Assembly: GCA_039024555.1 (NCBI GenBank)
Contig: JBCCQQ010000028.1
Location: 10,798-74,797 of the forward strand
DNA length: 64,000 bases
Source: Cyanobacteria bacterium P01_D01_bin.156
GTDB lineage: Bacteria > Cyanobacteriota > Cyanobacteriia > Phormidesmidales > Phormidesmidaceae
Reading direction: 5' to 3'
Shown here: positions 33,033 to 42,416 of the stretch, piece by piece
Numbering within the stretch: position 1 is the first letter of the stretch
Layout of the letters: every line of letters starts with the position of its first letter
The notes under the pieces: model-generated
Database searches by the model: none
Seen by the model: the letters and a program-made list of their open reading frames with translations, nothing else
Told to the model about the DNA's origin: nothing
Program-made: the position numbers and the translations under genes

Positions 33033-33049
33033 CAGCAACAGAAAAGCGT

Positions 33050-34771
33050 TCACCCCTTAGCGGCTAAAAGACAAGCAGCCGAGATCATTGTTTTACCTTG
33101 ATCACTCACAACAGCACAATCTTGTTGCAGACGCTGCAAGGCCGATGGTTGTGCTCGCAGCTGGGTAATAGCGACTGTCCATTCAGCGTCAAATTGCCGT
33201 AGCCACATACCCGGCATATCATCTGGATTAAAAGATTGCTCATCCACAAGCCAAAAATCAATGCCATAGTCATTAATGACGGACTGCAGTACAGATAGGT
33301 CTGGACTATATTGAGCCCTGATCAAATCCAAAATACGTTGACGAATTTGGCGGTAATACCCTTGATGGTAAGCCAAACTATGACCACGACTTAGCAATAC
33401 TGAGCGTCCCGTAAATGCAGGAATATTCTCAGCCTCCTTAGCAAGAGAAGCAATCAGCGTATCTTTCGATTGCTGTTGAATATACTCGTATAAAACAACA
33501 CGATCGGACTTAATATAGAGAACGTTTAAAAAGCTATTGAGCAGCAAAGGATATCCCACTGTTATCATGGCAACTCCAGCAACCATAGCTATTGCCACCA
33601 GTTGTTTCCAGATCTGTTGCGGTGCACGGTTTAAGCGCTGTAATCCCCAATCCAATAGAGCTATCAGCACCACAGCAGACGCGATCGCAACAATGACCTT
33701 TAACGAATGACGACTATATCGACTGGGTAAATGCAAACGAAATAACACCCCATGGGATAACAAAAATAGAACAAACGAAACAATCCCAAATTGAACAATT
33801 AAGGTACCGTGGCGAGTAATTTTTTTCAGTAGCGGCAACTTCAACCATTGCAATAAAGGAAACAATAGGGAAAAACAAATCGTAGTCGGCACAACGGGGG
33901 GCAGTAATCCACTACGACCTGAGAACAGCCAATATCGTACCCAATCATCATGGAAGTATGAATTTCGCCCCCCTGGTTGAAATTCAGCCATAGTTTTAGC
34001 CTGTTCTAAGGTCACCACAGGACCATAGGGAGACGTGACCAGAACATAGGGCAAAAGGACCAATACAGCTACGATAGCACCAACAATAAACAGCCTAAAA
34101 TGATGTCCTTTACTCCCCTGTGACCAGACGATGCGCAGGGCTAACAACAATACGGAGATGAAGACAAGGTGTGGATAAAACAACCCTTGCAAACAAATCA
34201 CAACAGCGCAGCCAACAAGACTACGCCGAGAAACATAAAATAACAAAGCTAATATTAGCAACACACTAAAGGCCTTTGGCGTGCCGGACGGGAGTTCATC
34301 CCACATCCACAATGCCTGATTAAGAATAAGCGTATTAATAAATGCAATCAGTGGAACAGGAATAACAGCTAGCGCTAGATAAAATGTATATACCGTACCT
34401 AACAGGCAAATAAGGGGGGGCAACAGTTTATGAAATGTCAGCGGATGGATGCCTACCCATGCAGCTAGACGATAGATAGCCTTATAGCCAATAGGAGCCA
34501 CTGACTGAAAATAATCAGCAACCAGGTCACCAGGAAACAGACCAGGATCAACATAGCGCCACATCCAAAACACATGTTGCCGGGCATCATCCTGGATGGC
34601 GTAGGGCTGTTCAAATACAAGTCGCCAAAACAAAATGCCATAGAGCATCGCAAACAGAAGACTTGCAAACAGCCAAACACGCTGATTTTTGAGGGTAGAA
34701 CTCAGGCCATAATGATTGACCCAACTGGCGATAGTTTTCAAGACAGCATTACAAACAAGGTCCGGTCTCAT
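33050..34771 (-). CDS. Polytopic membrane protein, possible GT-C-type glycosyltransferase
   Basis: Multiple TM segments; 'IQDDARQHVFWM' acidic motif after TM1; soluble C-terminal domain. Confidence 0.6.
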   Translation of the reverse strand: MRPDLVCNAVLKTIASWVNHYGLSSTLKNQRVWLFASLLFAMLYGILFWRLVFEQPYAIQDDARQHVFWMWRYVDPGLFPGDLVADYFQSVAPIGYKAIYRLAAWVGIHPLTFHKLLPPLICLLGTVYTFYLALAVIPVPLIAFINTLILNQALWMWDELPSGTPKAFSVLLILALLFYVSRRSLVGCAVVICLQGLFYPHLVFISVLLLALRIVWSQGSKGHHFRLFIVGAIVAVLVLLPYVLVTSPYGPVVTLEQAKTMAEFQPGGRNSYFHDDWVRYWLFSGRSGLLPPVVPTTICFSLLFPLLQWLKLPLLKKITRHGTLIVQFGIVSFVLFLLSHGVLFRLHLPSRYSRHSLKVIVAIASAVVLIALLDWGLQRLNRAPQQIWKQLVAIAMVAGVAMITVGYPLLLNSFLNVLYIKSDRVVLYEYIQQQSKDTLIASLAKEAENIPAFTGRSVLLSRGHSLAYHQGYYRQIRQRILDLIRAQYSPDLSVLQSVINDYGIDFWLVDEQSFNPDDMPGMWLRQFDAEWTVAITQLRAQPSALQRLQQDCAVVSDQGKTMISAACLLAAKG

Positions 34772-34976
34772 CTTACTAGAGCCAGTGTCCAAAACAGATT
34801 CTACAACCAAGAGAATCCACAACCAGACACCATGTGGATCAGTGCAATGAAGGAGGCCTCGAATCTGAACACCAATTGCGACTACCCGCTCAGATACAAG
34901 TGCTGCTAAGCACCAATAAAAAACAGGACACCTGAATAGATATCCTGTTACACATTTAATCCGTTAACTGTGTAAG

Positions 34977-35441
34977 CTAAGCAGCTTTAACCAAAACTAG
35001 ATCACCGTCAATAATTGCTTCATAGGAACCGAGAGGATCCGTAGCAGGACCATTAGTTACACTGCCATCTATAGCAAATGTTGACCCATGACAAGGACAT
35101 GCAAAGGCACCATCTTCGAATGCAACGGAACATCCTTGATGAGTACACATAGAATTTAGGGCAATAACGCTGTCAGCACCGGCTGGGTCACGAATGACAA
35201 TCACAGGCCCAGCAATAAAACTCTTTTTAGCCAAAAAACCATTGGCATCTAAGTCAGCAACGCTACCTAGGGCAGCAAAGCCATCTTCACGAGGGGTTTC
35301 ATCGATAGCAGGTGGAGCAGAAGATGCAGCGGGTGCATCACTAGATGCTGTCTCTGGAGCCTTGCAAGCTGCGATCGCAACTGGCAAAGAAGTCGCAATC
35401 ATGCCTAAGCCAACTAAATTACCAAATTCACGACGATTCAT
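34977..35441 (-). CDS. Rieske [2Fe-2S] protein (PetC3-like), Tat lipoprotein
   Basis: Tat motif 'MNRREF', lipobox 'AIAAC', Rieske boxes CTHQGC and CPCHGS. Confidence 0.92.
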   Translation of the reverse strand: MNRREFGNLVGLGMIATSLPVAIAACKAPETASSDAPAASSAPPAIDETPREDGFAALGSVADLDANGFLAKKSFIAGPVIVIRDPAGADSVIALNSMCTHQGCSVAFEDGAFACPCHGSTFAIDGSVTNGPATDPLGSYEAIIDGDLVLVKAA

Positions 35442-35534
35442 AACTCACTTTCCTCTCTCACTAACTGCTGTAACGTCGGATACCAGGCATCTAAACAGGA
35501 GAAAAAGACGAACGCATCGTCTCAGGGCAACCCA

Positions 35535-37250
35535 TTAATTACCAGATGGATTAGAACTCACTACCTGAGCGGGCTCAGCATCTGAAACAAAGACGTTACT
35601 CAACCATCCTTGGTGACGAATGGCCGTAACCAGAACAAATAGCAGATCTAAACCAACAACACCAGCAATCATCATCTCTGAGCCACCGGTTCCAAAGCCA
35701 TAGCTGTGAAGCCCCGTACCTAAAACAAAATTCACGCCGTACCAAGCCATTAGCACTGCATTAAAGGCAACCACGCTAGCAACACTAATCCCAAAGTTGC
35801 CAATCCAACCCACTAAACGACCATGGAGAGGCACCAGATAACACAGCAATGCAATTAATGCCCAGGTTTCTTTTGGATCCCAGCCCCAGAAGCGCCCCCA
35901 GGAAAAATGCGCCCAGATTCCTCCTAAGATAATGCCACCGGTTAATAACAGGACACCCACCTGCAGCACTCGATAGTTCAGCTGAGAAAGCAACTTAATG
36001 CGAGAAGTCGCGTTGGGGGTAAATAAATAACTCCCCAAGGCCACATGGCCTAAACCAAGTGCTAGGGCAAAACTGGCATAGCTGAGCGCAATGGTCGGTA
36101 CATGAATACTCAGCCAGAAATTATCCCGTAGCACCGGCACTAGAGGAGAAATGCTGGGATCTAAAACAGCCGGTAGACTGTCAGCCAAAATTAAACACAC
36201 CACCGAGAGCGGAGCCGCTGCTAACAGGTAATACTTAGAGCGATGGAGTAATTCAAAGGCCAAGGCAATAGCCGCAATACCAAACCCAACCCAAACCACA
36301 GACTCATACATGTTGGTCACCGGAGGCCTACCGGCAATCTGCATCCGCAGCCAAAAGCCACAGCTTTGGACCATGACCCCAGCAACAAACGTCCCAATTG
36401 CAGTCCAGTACAAATTGAAAGGCTGCACCCATAGGGCCACCAACATAATGACAAAGGCAATGGCGTACAGCTGCCACGCCTTGGCAAAGGGATGAAAGTG
36501 ATTAAAAAAGACTTCCCGCTGCATCACCCCATTCGCTGGGTAGACGGTAGGACTAAGCTCGGCAAGACCTGTTTTCAAAGACTGCGCCAAAGGCTCCAGC
36601 ATCGGCAAATGGTCAGTACCCGACAAAATCGTTTGCTTAATAATGGCAAAGTTAGCCAACAGTGGCCCTACAGCCTCAGCCTCATAGAGACTCTGTGCTT
36701 CAGTAATGCCGACCCACTTACCCTTAATATCGTCAGGGTGGGGAACGATTGCGATCGCATTATCATCCACCATGCTCAACATCAGCTGCAGACGATCCTC
36801 AATGGTTAGTGCCTCACGCTCTTCGCGACTTAAATCTTCATCATCAATCTGTTTTCGATGAGCAGAACGCACCACTTCAGCCAGGGGCTCATTTCTCATC
36901 AATGTGGCAAAAGAGAAATGCTTTTGCTCTACATCCAAGCCAGCTAGCTCCTTTAAAGGGCGATAGCTCACCAACACAAATGGCTCTTCATTCCAGTTAC
37001 GGTTATTCAGCCACAGAGACATAAATGTTTCCATGGAGCTCTCTTGGATACCTTCATGCCGATAGGTAGTCGCCCCATAAATCTTGGCAACGGTTTCCTG
37101 AGCGACGGTGTCTAAAGGCTTTTTACGACCACCTTGCTGCACAGTCATCGTCTCTAAGCTATCTAGAGCAGATGGCTGAAACTGACTAATGGGCATAGCG
37201 ATTAGCAGTAGCCCTAAACATAAGCCAATCGCAAATTTGAGAAGTTTCAT
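35535..37250 (-). CDS. ccsA: System II cytochrome c synthase CcsA (long form)
   Basis: WWD domain 'WAHFSWGRFWGWDPKETWALI', conserved His in 'WLSIHVP' and 'GLHSYG', 'PPVTNMYES'; extra N-terminal soluble domain ('GRKKPLDT'). Confidence 0.93.
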   Translation of the reverse strand: MKLLKFAIGLCLGLLLIAMPISQFQPSALDSLETMTVQQGGRKKPLDTVAQETVAKIYGATTYRHEGIQESSMETFMSLWLNNRNWNEEPFVLVSYRPLKELAGLDVEQKHFSFATLMRNEPLAEVVRSAHRKQIDDEDLSREEREALTIEDRLQLMLSMVDDNAIAIVPHPDDIKGKWVGITEAQSLYEAEAVGPLLANFAIIKQTILSGTDHLPMLEPLAQSLKTGLAELSPTVYPANGVMQREVFFNHFHPFAKAWQLYAIAFVIMLVALWVQPFNLYWTAIGTFVAGVMVQSCGFWLRMQIAGRPPVTNMYESVVWVGFGIAAIALAFELLHRSKYYLLAAAPLSVVCLILADSLPAVLDPSISPLVPVLRDNFWLSIHVPTIALSYASFALALGLGHVALGSYLFTPNATSRIKLLSQLNYRVLQVGVLLLTGGIILGGIWAHFSWGRFWGWDPKETWALIALLCYLVPLHGRLVGWIGNFGISVASVVAFNAVLMAWYGVNFVLGTGLHSYGFGTGGSEMMIAGVVGLDLLFVLVTAIRHQGWLSNVFVSDAEPAQVVSSNPSGN

Positions 37251-37317
37251 GGATTGAGAAGCAATAATGTTGTGAGATTAAAAACGTATTCTTATGTCAG
37301 AGCAACCATTGCTCTCA

Positions 37318-39114
37318 CTAACGGCTTGAGAAAAAACTCAGAATAGGAATGGGTGAGGTAGCCTCTCCAGATTTCTCTTCCCCATCAGATGAGCCTAAAA
37401 GATTAGCAGCAATCTTTAGATTTTTAGCCACCGAACGACCATAGAACATAACAGCCACTCCAATCGTGACCATCAGCGACCCTAACCAAGTCAGCCCCGT
37501 GACCCACCAAGGCTCCCGCTTTACCTGCAAGGTAGACTGGGCTAAATCTCCTGGATTCCAGGACGCTTGGGCAATTTTCCATCCTCTAAACCAAGTGGGA
37601 TGATTCATCCATACGCGCCGCTCAGATAAATCACCATTCGCAGGGTCCATCAAGGTCATTAAGCTAGTCCACATTGCCACAGACTCACTACCCTCATTGC
37701 GCTCCACAATAAAATCATTGAGTTTAAGCGCAAAAGGTAGCTGCATGAGTTTCGGACTAAATGCCACATACCAGGTTGTATCACTATCTTCTACCGTGGT
37801 TGGCTCTCCCCACGGGACCCAAGTAAGCGTGCCATCTGCCGTGGATATCTGCAAAGCAGGCTCTCCGCCTTCCGAACCCTCTGGCAAAGGTACCACATCA
37901 CGCTCAACTCGGGCTCTGGGAACATACTCCTCAAGAGTAATTGCAAAATCAGCCCAACCAGGCATAATCGACTGGCCCACCACAAGTGGACCTGACTTAA
38001 ACCCTTTAGACGATTTAGCCGCGTAGTAGAGATGCCCATCAGCATCAACGATTACCTTAAAGAATGCGTCTGGTTGAGCGTCAGCAGAAATGGTATAACG
38101 CACATCAACATCCAAGGGCGCATCTCCTGCCAGCTGGGTACGAATGGGAGAAAATTCTGGATTACCAAAAACAAACCATCGCTCAGCAACATCACCGATG
38201 GATAGCTCCAGCTGCACAGCTGGATTGCGCAATTGCTGAGTAGACGTTTCGGGCTGACCGTTGCCATCCAGACGAAAATCAGGCCAAAAATCTTTAACGG
38301 TGAGGGTTACATCATCCAAATGCATGACCTTGCCAAGGCCAGCTTTCACATCTACGCTCTGACCACCTTCTGAGACCTGCAAAGTACCCCAAACGCCACC
38401 AAGACTTTCTTCAGATGGCTGCTGTAGCGAATTTCGTAAAGCTTGCTCAGAATCAACCTTAGCAATCTGCAACTCAGCAGGTCCAATATCCATTCGGTCG
38501 TAAGCAGCAGGTGCCACCGCCAACCAACGCTCTAGGCTTTGCCCCATACGTTGGCTACTCAGAGCAAGACGCACTGCCGGATTGTCAATAGCAGCACCAT
38601 CAACGAAATGAACCGTTTTAATGGCGTGGCTGGTGTAACCAAGCAGAGACAAATCTCCAAGATGATCAGGAACAACCGTGCCATCACCTTTAATAAATAA
38701 GGATGTTTGCTGCGTCTCCTTACCAGGTACAGCAACTTCCACTAAATCCCCTTCTACCCGCAGCGTACTAACGGGGCCACCATCGGTACGAGCCAGCAAC
38801 ATTCCCTCAACACTTAAATGGATGACAGCCGCTGAACCAGCAATAATTACGACTAGCCCCCAGTGGGCAATTGCAAAGCCAACCTTACGTGCCCCTCGCC
38901 ATGGATAGCGCAACAATGTAGACACACTCAAGTTCACCGCCAGCAAAAACATCAGAGCTCCGAACCACGGACTCTTATAAATCTCTTGCTGAACAACCGC
39001 CGATCCGACCTCTGCCTCATAAAATGTGGCACCGATTAACACAGCACCGATCACTGCGAGCAGAGGCACAGCCAACCGAATTGAGCCAATAAATTGAATC
39101 GCTACAGAACCCAT
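37318..39114 (-). CDS. ResB/CcsB-like cytochrome c biogenesis protein
   Basis: 'GSIRLAVPLL...IYKSPWF...NL...GFAIAHWGLVVII.G' ResB N-terminus; 'LPFALKLNDF', 'MNHP', C-terminal TM; adjacent to ccsA. Confidence 0.85.
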   Translation of the reverse strand: MGSVAIQFIGSIRLAVPLLAVIGAVLIGATFYEAEVGSAVVQQEIYKSPWFGALMFLLAVNLSVSTLLRYPWRGARKVGFAIAHWGLVVIIAGSAAVIHLSVEGMLLARTDGGPVSTLRVEGDLVEVAVPGKETQQTSLFIKGDGTVVPDHLGDLSLLGYTSHAIKTVHFVDGAAIDNPAVRLALSSQRMGQSLERWLAVAPAAYDRMDIGPAELQIAKVDSEQALRNSLQQPSEESLGGVWGTLQVSEGGQSVDVKAGLGKVMHLDDVTLTVKDFWPDFRLDGNGQPETSTQQLRNPAVQLELSIGDVAERWFVFGNPEFSPIRTQLAGDAPLDVDVRYTISADAQPDAFFKVIVDADGHLYYAAKSSKGFKSGPLVVGQSIMPGWADFAITLEEYVPRARVERDVVPLPEGSEGGEPALQISTADGTLTWVPWGEPTTVEDSDTTWYVAFSPKLMQLPFALKLNDFIVERNEGSESVAMWTSLMTLMDPANGDLSERRVWMNHPTWFRGWKIAQASWNPGDLAQSTLQVKREPWWVTGLTWLGSLMVTIGVAVMFYGRSVAKNLKIAANLLGSSDGEEKSGEATSPIPILSFFSSR

Positions 39115-39195
39115 AAAACAAGGAGATAATAAAATGCTAGCCAGTTAACCAGCTAGCAACATCCAACAATCTTCACCACGAACGCTAGTATTTTT

Positions 39196-39211
39196 TGTAA
39201 AAGAAATCACA
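39196..39211. promoter_or_regulatory. CRP/NtcA-family-like palindrome in the divergent promoter region
   Basis: TGTAA-AAGAAA-TCACA, one mismatch to TGTGA-N6-TCACA; 82 bp upstream of the ResB-like start. Confidence 0.35.
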
Positions 39212-39827
39212 CTTTTTTGGGTTTTACCGTCCGTGATTCCCACACTATGCGAAAAACGAATCACTCATCATCAATAAACGCAAGTAGCAATTGTTTTCGG
39301 AACAAAGCAAACACCAGTAATCAATGTAGAACAGTCTCAAAAAAAATGCTAAAACGCCTTTTGAGAATGAATTATGACTCTTGAAAGATATTCCATCAGA
39401 TGGAAACAACATTATTTTCTTCTGTCAAAAAAAGCTCAATCCCCTTTTTGCAAGTATTGAATGCAATAAAAGGATTAGTACATATTTTTGGTATCTGAAG
39501 CAACAAAAAAATACTTAGGATCGCCATACCTTGATAGTCACATAAGTGTCCGCACGATTACGTATCCTTCTCCCTTGAAAAGAGTGGAATTTGTTTTCGA
39601 GCTTTCTCTTATGTAAAACGATCAGAGAACCTGTTGATTTGGCGACGTGCAGTTTTAATTCCTTGAGCTTTATATCCTCCATATCTCTGTTTTGTTAATT
39701 TTTTCTAGTATTTCTCAACCTAGTTTTGGGGACTCGAAGAATTGCTTAACAGGCAGTAGACGCGCACCTCGTAGGTTCTTTGAAACAAACCCTGTAATGT
39801 AAATTTGTTGAATTCGAGACTGTAGGC

Positions 39828-40817
39828 ATGTCCTTAAACGTTGAGTTGTTAGAGCAGAGCTTCGAACTCGTGAAGCCAAAAGCAGATGAGTTTGTAGGAA
39901 GTTTCTACAACAATCTGTTCACTGACTATCCAGCCGCTAAGCCCCTGTTTGAGCATTCCGATATGGGGAAGCAACAACAGATGCTGAAGGGAGCTCTAGT
40001 CATGGTGATTGAGAACCTCAGAAAGCCAGAGGCGTTAAGCAAGGCTCTCAAGGGTTTGGGGGCACGCCACGTCAAGTATGGAGCACTTCCAGAACATTAT
40101 CCTTTAGTGGGAAATAGTCTGCTTAAAACTTTAGAGCAGTATGCGGGTAGCGCTTGGACTTCAGAGCTTAAGGAGGCTTGGACAGGTGCCTATGGTGCCA
40201 TCACCGAACTCATGCTTGAGGGAGCTGACTACACAAAGGAAGAAGTTGCTCTAGAAAACGTACCAGCGCCCGCTGAAGAAGGTGGTCTAAAGGTTGAGCT
40301 TTTAGAGAAAAGTTTTGCATTGGTAGCGCCAAAAGCCGATGATTTAGTCTCGACATTTTACGACAATTTATTTACTGACTATCCAGACTCTAGACCTCTG
40401 TTTGAGCACACTGATATGGCCAATCAGAAGAAGATGCTTAAGGGTGGTTTAGTCATGGTTATCGAAAATCTTCGTAAGCCTGAAGTATTAAGTAAAGCCC
40501 TGAAGGGATTAGGCGCTCGCCACGTCAAATATGGAGCTCTACCAGCCCACTATCCTTTGGTAGGCAACAGTCTTCTCAAAACATTAGAACAGTATGCAGG
40601 CTCTGCATGGACTTCTGATGTTAAAGAAGCTTGGGTCGGTGCTTACGGAGCTATCACTGAACTAATGCTTGAGGGAGCCGAATATGACAAACAGGACGTT
40701 CAGCTAAGTTCTGCTGAAACAGTTGCTGTTCCTGAGGGCATTGGGATGGGAAAAGTAGGCGGCATCATCGGTGGTGGAGCTGCTCTTTTAGTTATTCTCA
40801 TGATTATTCTGCTTTAG
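39828..40817 (+). CDS. Tandem two-domain globin with C-terminal membrane anchor
   Basis: Two 3/3 globin domains (period 151 aa), each with 'FY..LF..YP...LF', E7-like Gln and proximal His 'LGARHVKYG'; C-terminal TM 'GGIIGGGAALLVILMIILL'. Confidence 0.92.
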   Translation: MSLNVELLEQSFELVKPKADEFVGSFYNNLFTDYPAAKPLFEHSDMGKQQQMLKGALVMVIENLRKPEALSKALKGLGARHVKYGALPEHYPLVGNSLLKTLEQYAGSAWTSELKEAWTGAYGAITELMLEGADYTKEEVALENVPAPAEEGGLKVELLEKSFALVAPKADDLVSTFYDNLFTDYPDSRPLFEHTDMANQKKMLKGGLVMVIENLRKPEVLSKALKGLGARHVKYGALPAHYPLVGNSLLKTLEQYAGSAWTSDVKEAWVGAYGAITELMLEGAEYDKQDVQLSSAETVAVPEGIGMGKVGGIIGGGAALLVILMIILL

Positions 40818-40838
40818 GTTGGGTTGTTTAGGGATTTC

Positions 40839-41480
40839 ATGGCACGCTCCTTAAAGCAAAGATTAGGGAAATTACTTTCGCTCAGAACAGGAATTATTCT
40901 GGCCATAGCCATGCTTCTAGTCTGGGTTTCAGCAGCATTTGCGCTGGACCAGAAGCAGATATTTTTGCCAGGCGAAACGTCCGAGGGACATCATATTTTT
41001 GAAGCTTCTTGTGCCTCTTGTCATGAAGGTTTCAAGCCTGTGAGTAATGAGACATGTACTCGCTGTCATCAAGCTGAATTGGTAGACGATGTCCACGGTG
41101 TTAAAAAATTTCGAGATCCTCGCTGGGCAGAATATCGCGAACGTGTTGATGTGCTTACATGTACAGCTTGTCACAACGAGCATGTTCACATGTTTGGACG
41201 AGGTGTGAATCTACAGCCTGACCTCTGTATGGCGTGTCATGAGGAGTTGACGCTTACCCAGCTGAAGAGTCATGAGGGCTTTGCAGCTGATGGATGTTGG
41301 ACGGCTGGCTGTCACAATTACCACGATCACCGAACCATATCCACTGGATTCTTACGGCAAAACATGGGAGCTCCAGAGATGCTGCCTGTTCAACAGGTTC
41401 CAGAGCGGGTGGTAACCACATCGCTCGATTCAGCACCTGCACCTAATCTCCAGAAAGAGTTTCTTGGAGGTGGTTCATGA
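40839..41480 (+). CDS. Exported multiheme cytochrome c (4 CXXCH + 1 CX4CH)
   Basis: CASCH, CTRCH, CTACH, CMACH, CWTAGCH; N-terminal TM/signal; extra His residues as candidate distal ligands. Confidence 0.9.
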   Translation: MARSLKQRLGKLLSLRTGIILAIAMLLVWVSAAFALDQKQIFLPGETSEGHHIFEASCASCHEGFKPVSNETCTRCHQAELVDDVHGVKKFRDPRWAEYRERVDVLTCTACHNEHVHMFGRGVNLQPDLCMACHEELTLTQLKSHEGFAADGCWTAGCHNYHDHRTISTGFLRQNMGAPEMLPVQQVPERVVTTSLDSAPAPNLQKEFLGGGS

Positions 41481-42286
41481 TTGCCCACATCAGTCAATTA
41501 ACATTGCGTTCCCTGCTGATTTTCACCTTGGTGACTGGCTTAATTGTGGGTTACCCGCACTCAGCGATCGCAACTACTGAGCAGGAGCTAGCCGATATCA
41601 CAGCCCAGTGGGAAGCGAGTGTTCATGGTCTCAATGACATCAACTGCTCTAGCTGTCATGAGAATAAGGAAACCAACGAGTTCGTTGCATCTCCTAATCA
41701 TGAGAGCTGTCAATCATGTCATGAGCAGTCCGTCGAAACATTTTTGCTAAGTAAGCATGGGATTCGTCTGTTAGAGGACAAATCCAGCCTGACCCCAGCC
41801 ATGGCTAGGTTACCTATGCAACATGCTGCTTTTGATAAGCAGATGAACTGCAATGCCTGTCACAACGTGCATTCAGTGAACACGGTTGAGGCATCTGTGG
41901 ATGCTTGCTTGACTTGCCATAATGACAATCACTCTCTGAACTATAGAAATTCAAAGCATGCTCAATTGTTTGCCGACAGCAAGTCGCTGCCTCAGCCAGG
42001 GGCTGGAGCCGTAAGCTGTGCCACGTGTCATCTACCGCGTTTTTCTGATGAGAATGCTGGTGACGTCGTCAGAGTGAATCACAACAATACCTACAACCTC
42101 AAGCCGCAGGATCGCATGGTGGGGGATGTATGTATGAACTGTCACGGCATTGAGTACAGCTACAACAGTATTTTCGACCCTGAGCTGGTCGAAGCCAATT
42201 TTGACCGACCTCCAACCCTTGAAATGGAGACCTTCGACTTGATGAAGGCTGCTGAGGCAAGGAGATCGGGCAATGACTCTGAGTAA
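41477..42286 (+). CDS. Exported hexaheme cytochrome c
   Basis: CSSCH, CQSCH, CNACH, CLTCH, CATCH, CMNCH; signal peptide ending AIA; ATGA overlap with the upstream gene. Confidence 0.9.
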   Translation: MIAHISQLTLRSLLIFTLVTGLIVGYPHSAIATTEQELADITAQWEASVHGLNDINCSSCHENKETNEFVASPNHESCQSCHEQSVETFLLSKHGIRLLEDKSSLTPAMARLPMQHAAFDKQMNCNACHNVHSVNTVEASVDACLTCHNDNHSLNYRNSKHAQLFADSKSLPQPGAGAVSCATCHLPRFSDENAGDVVRVNHNNTYNLKPQDRMVGDVCMNCHGIEYSYNSIFDPELVEANFDRPPTLEMETFDLMKAAEARRSGNDSE

Positions 42287-42416
42287 CAGTAAATTGTTGC
42301 TCGGACCCCTCTGTGTGGCTTGGCCACATTTGCATTGAAACCTTTTGACCAGGGCCTTCAATATCTAAATGTAGCCAAGAGCGACATACCCGGATGTACC
42401 AGGAGACAATCGATAA

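Noticed and set aside
33050..34771. Including the GT-C-like membrane gene in the cytochrome locus
   Set aside because: Same strand as the Rieske gene but separated by about 200 bp with a probable hairpin, and it has no redox motifs.
41477..41480. Frameshift splitting a single 11-heme gene
   Set aside because: The second ORF has its own signal peptide and an ATGA coupling, consistent with two genuine genes.
40839..42286. Calling the multiheme proteins NrfA nitrite reductase or hydroxylamine oxidoreductase
   Set aside because: No CXXCK motif, and the sizes and heme counts (5 and 6 in small proteins) do not fit NrfA or octaheme HAO; function left open.
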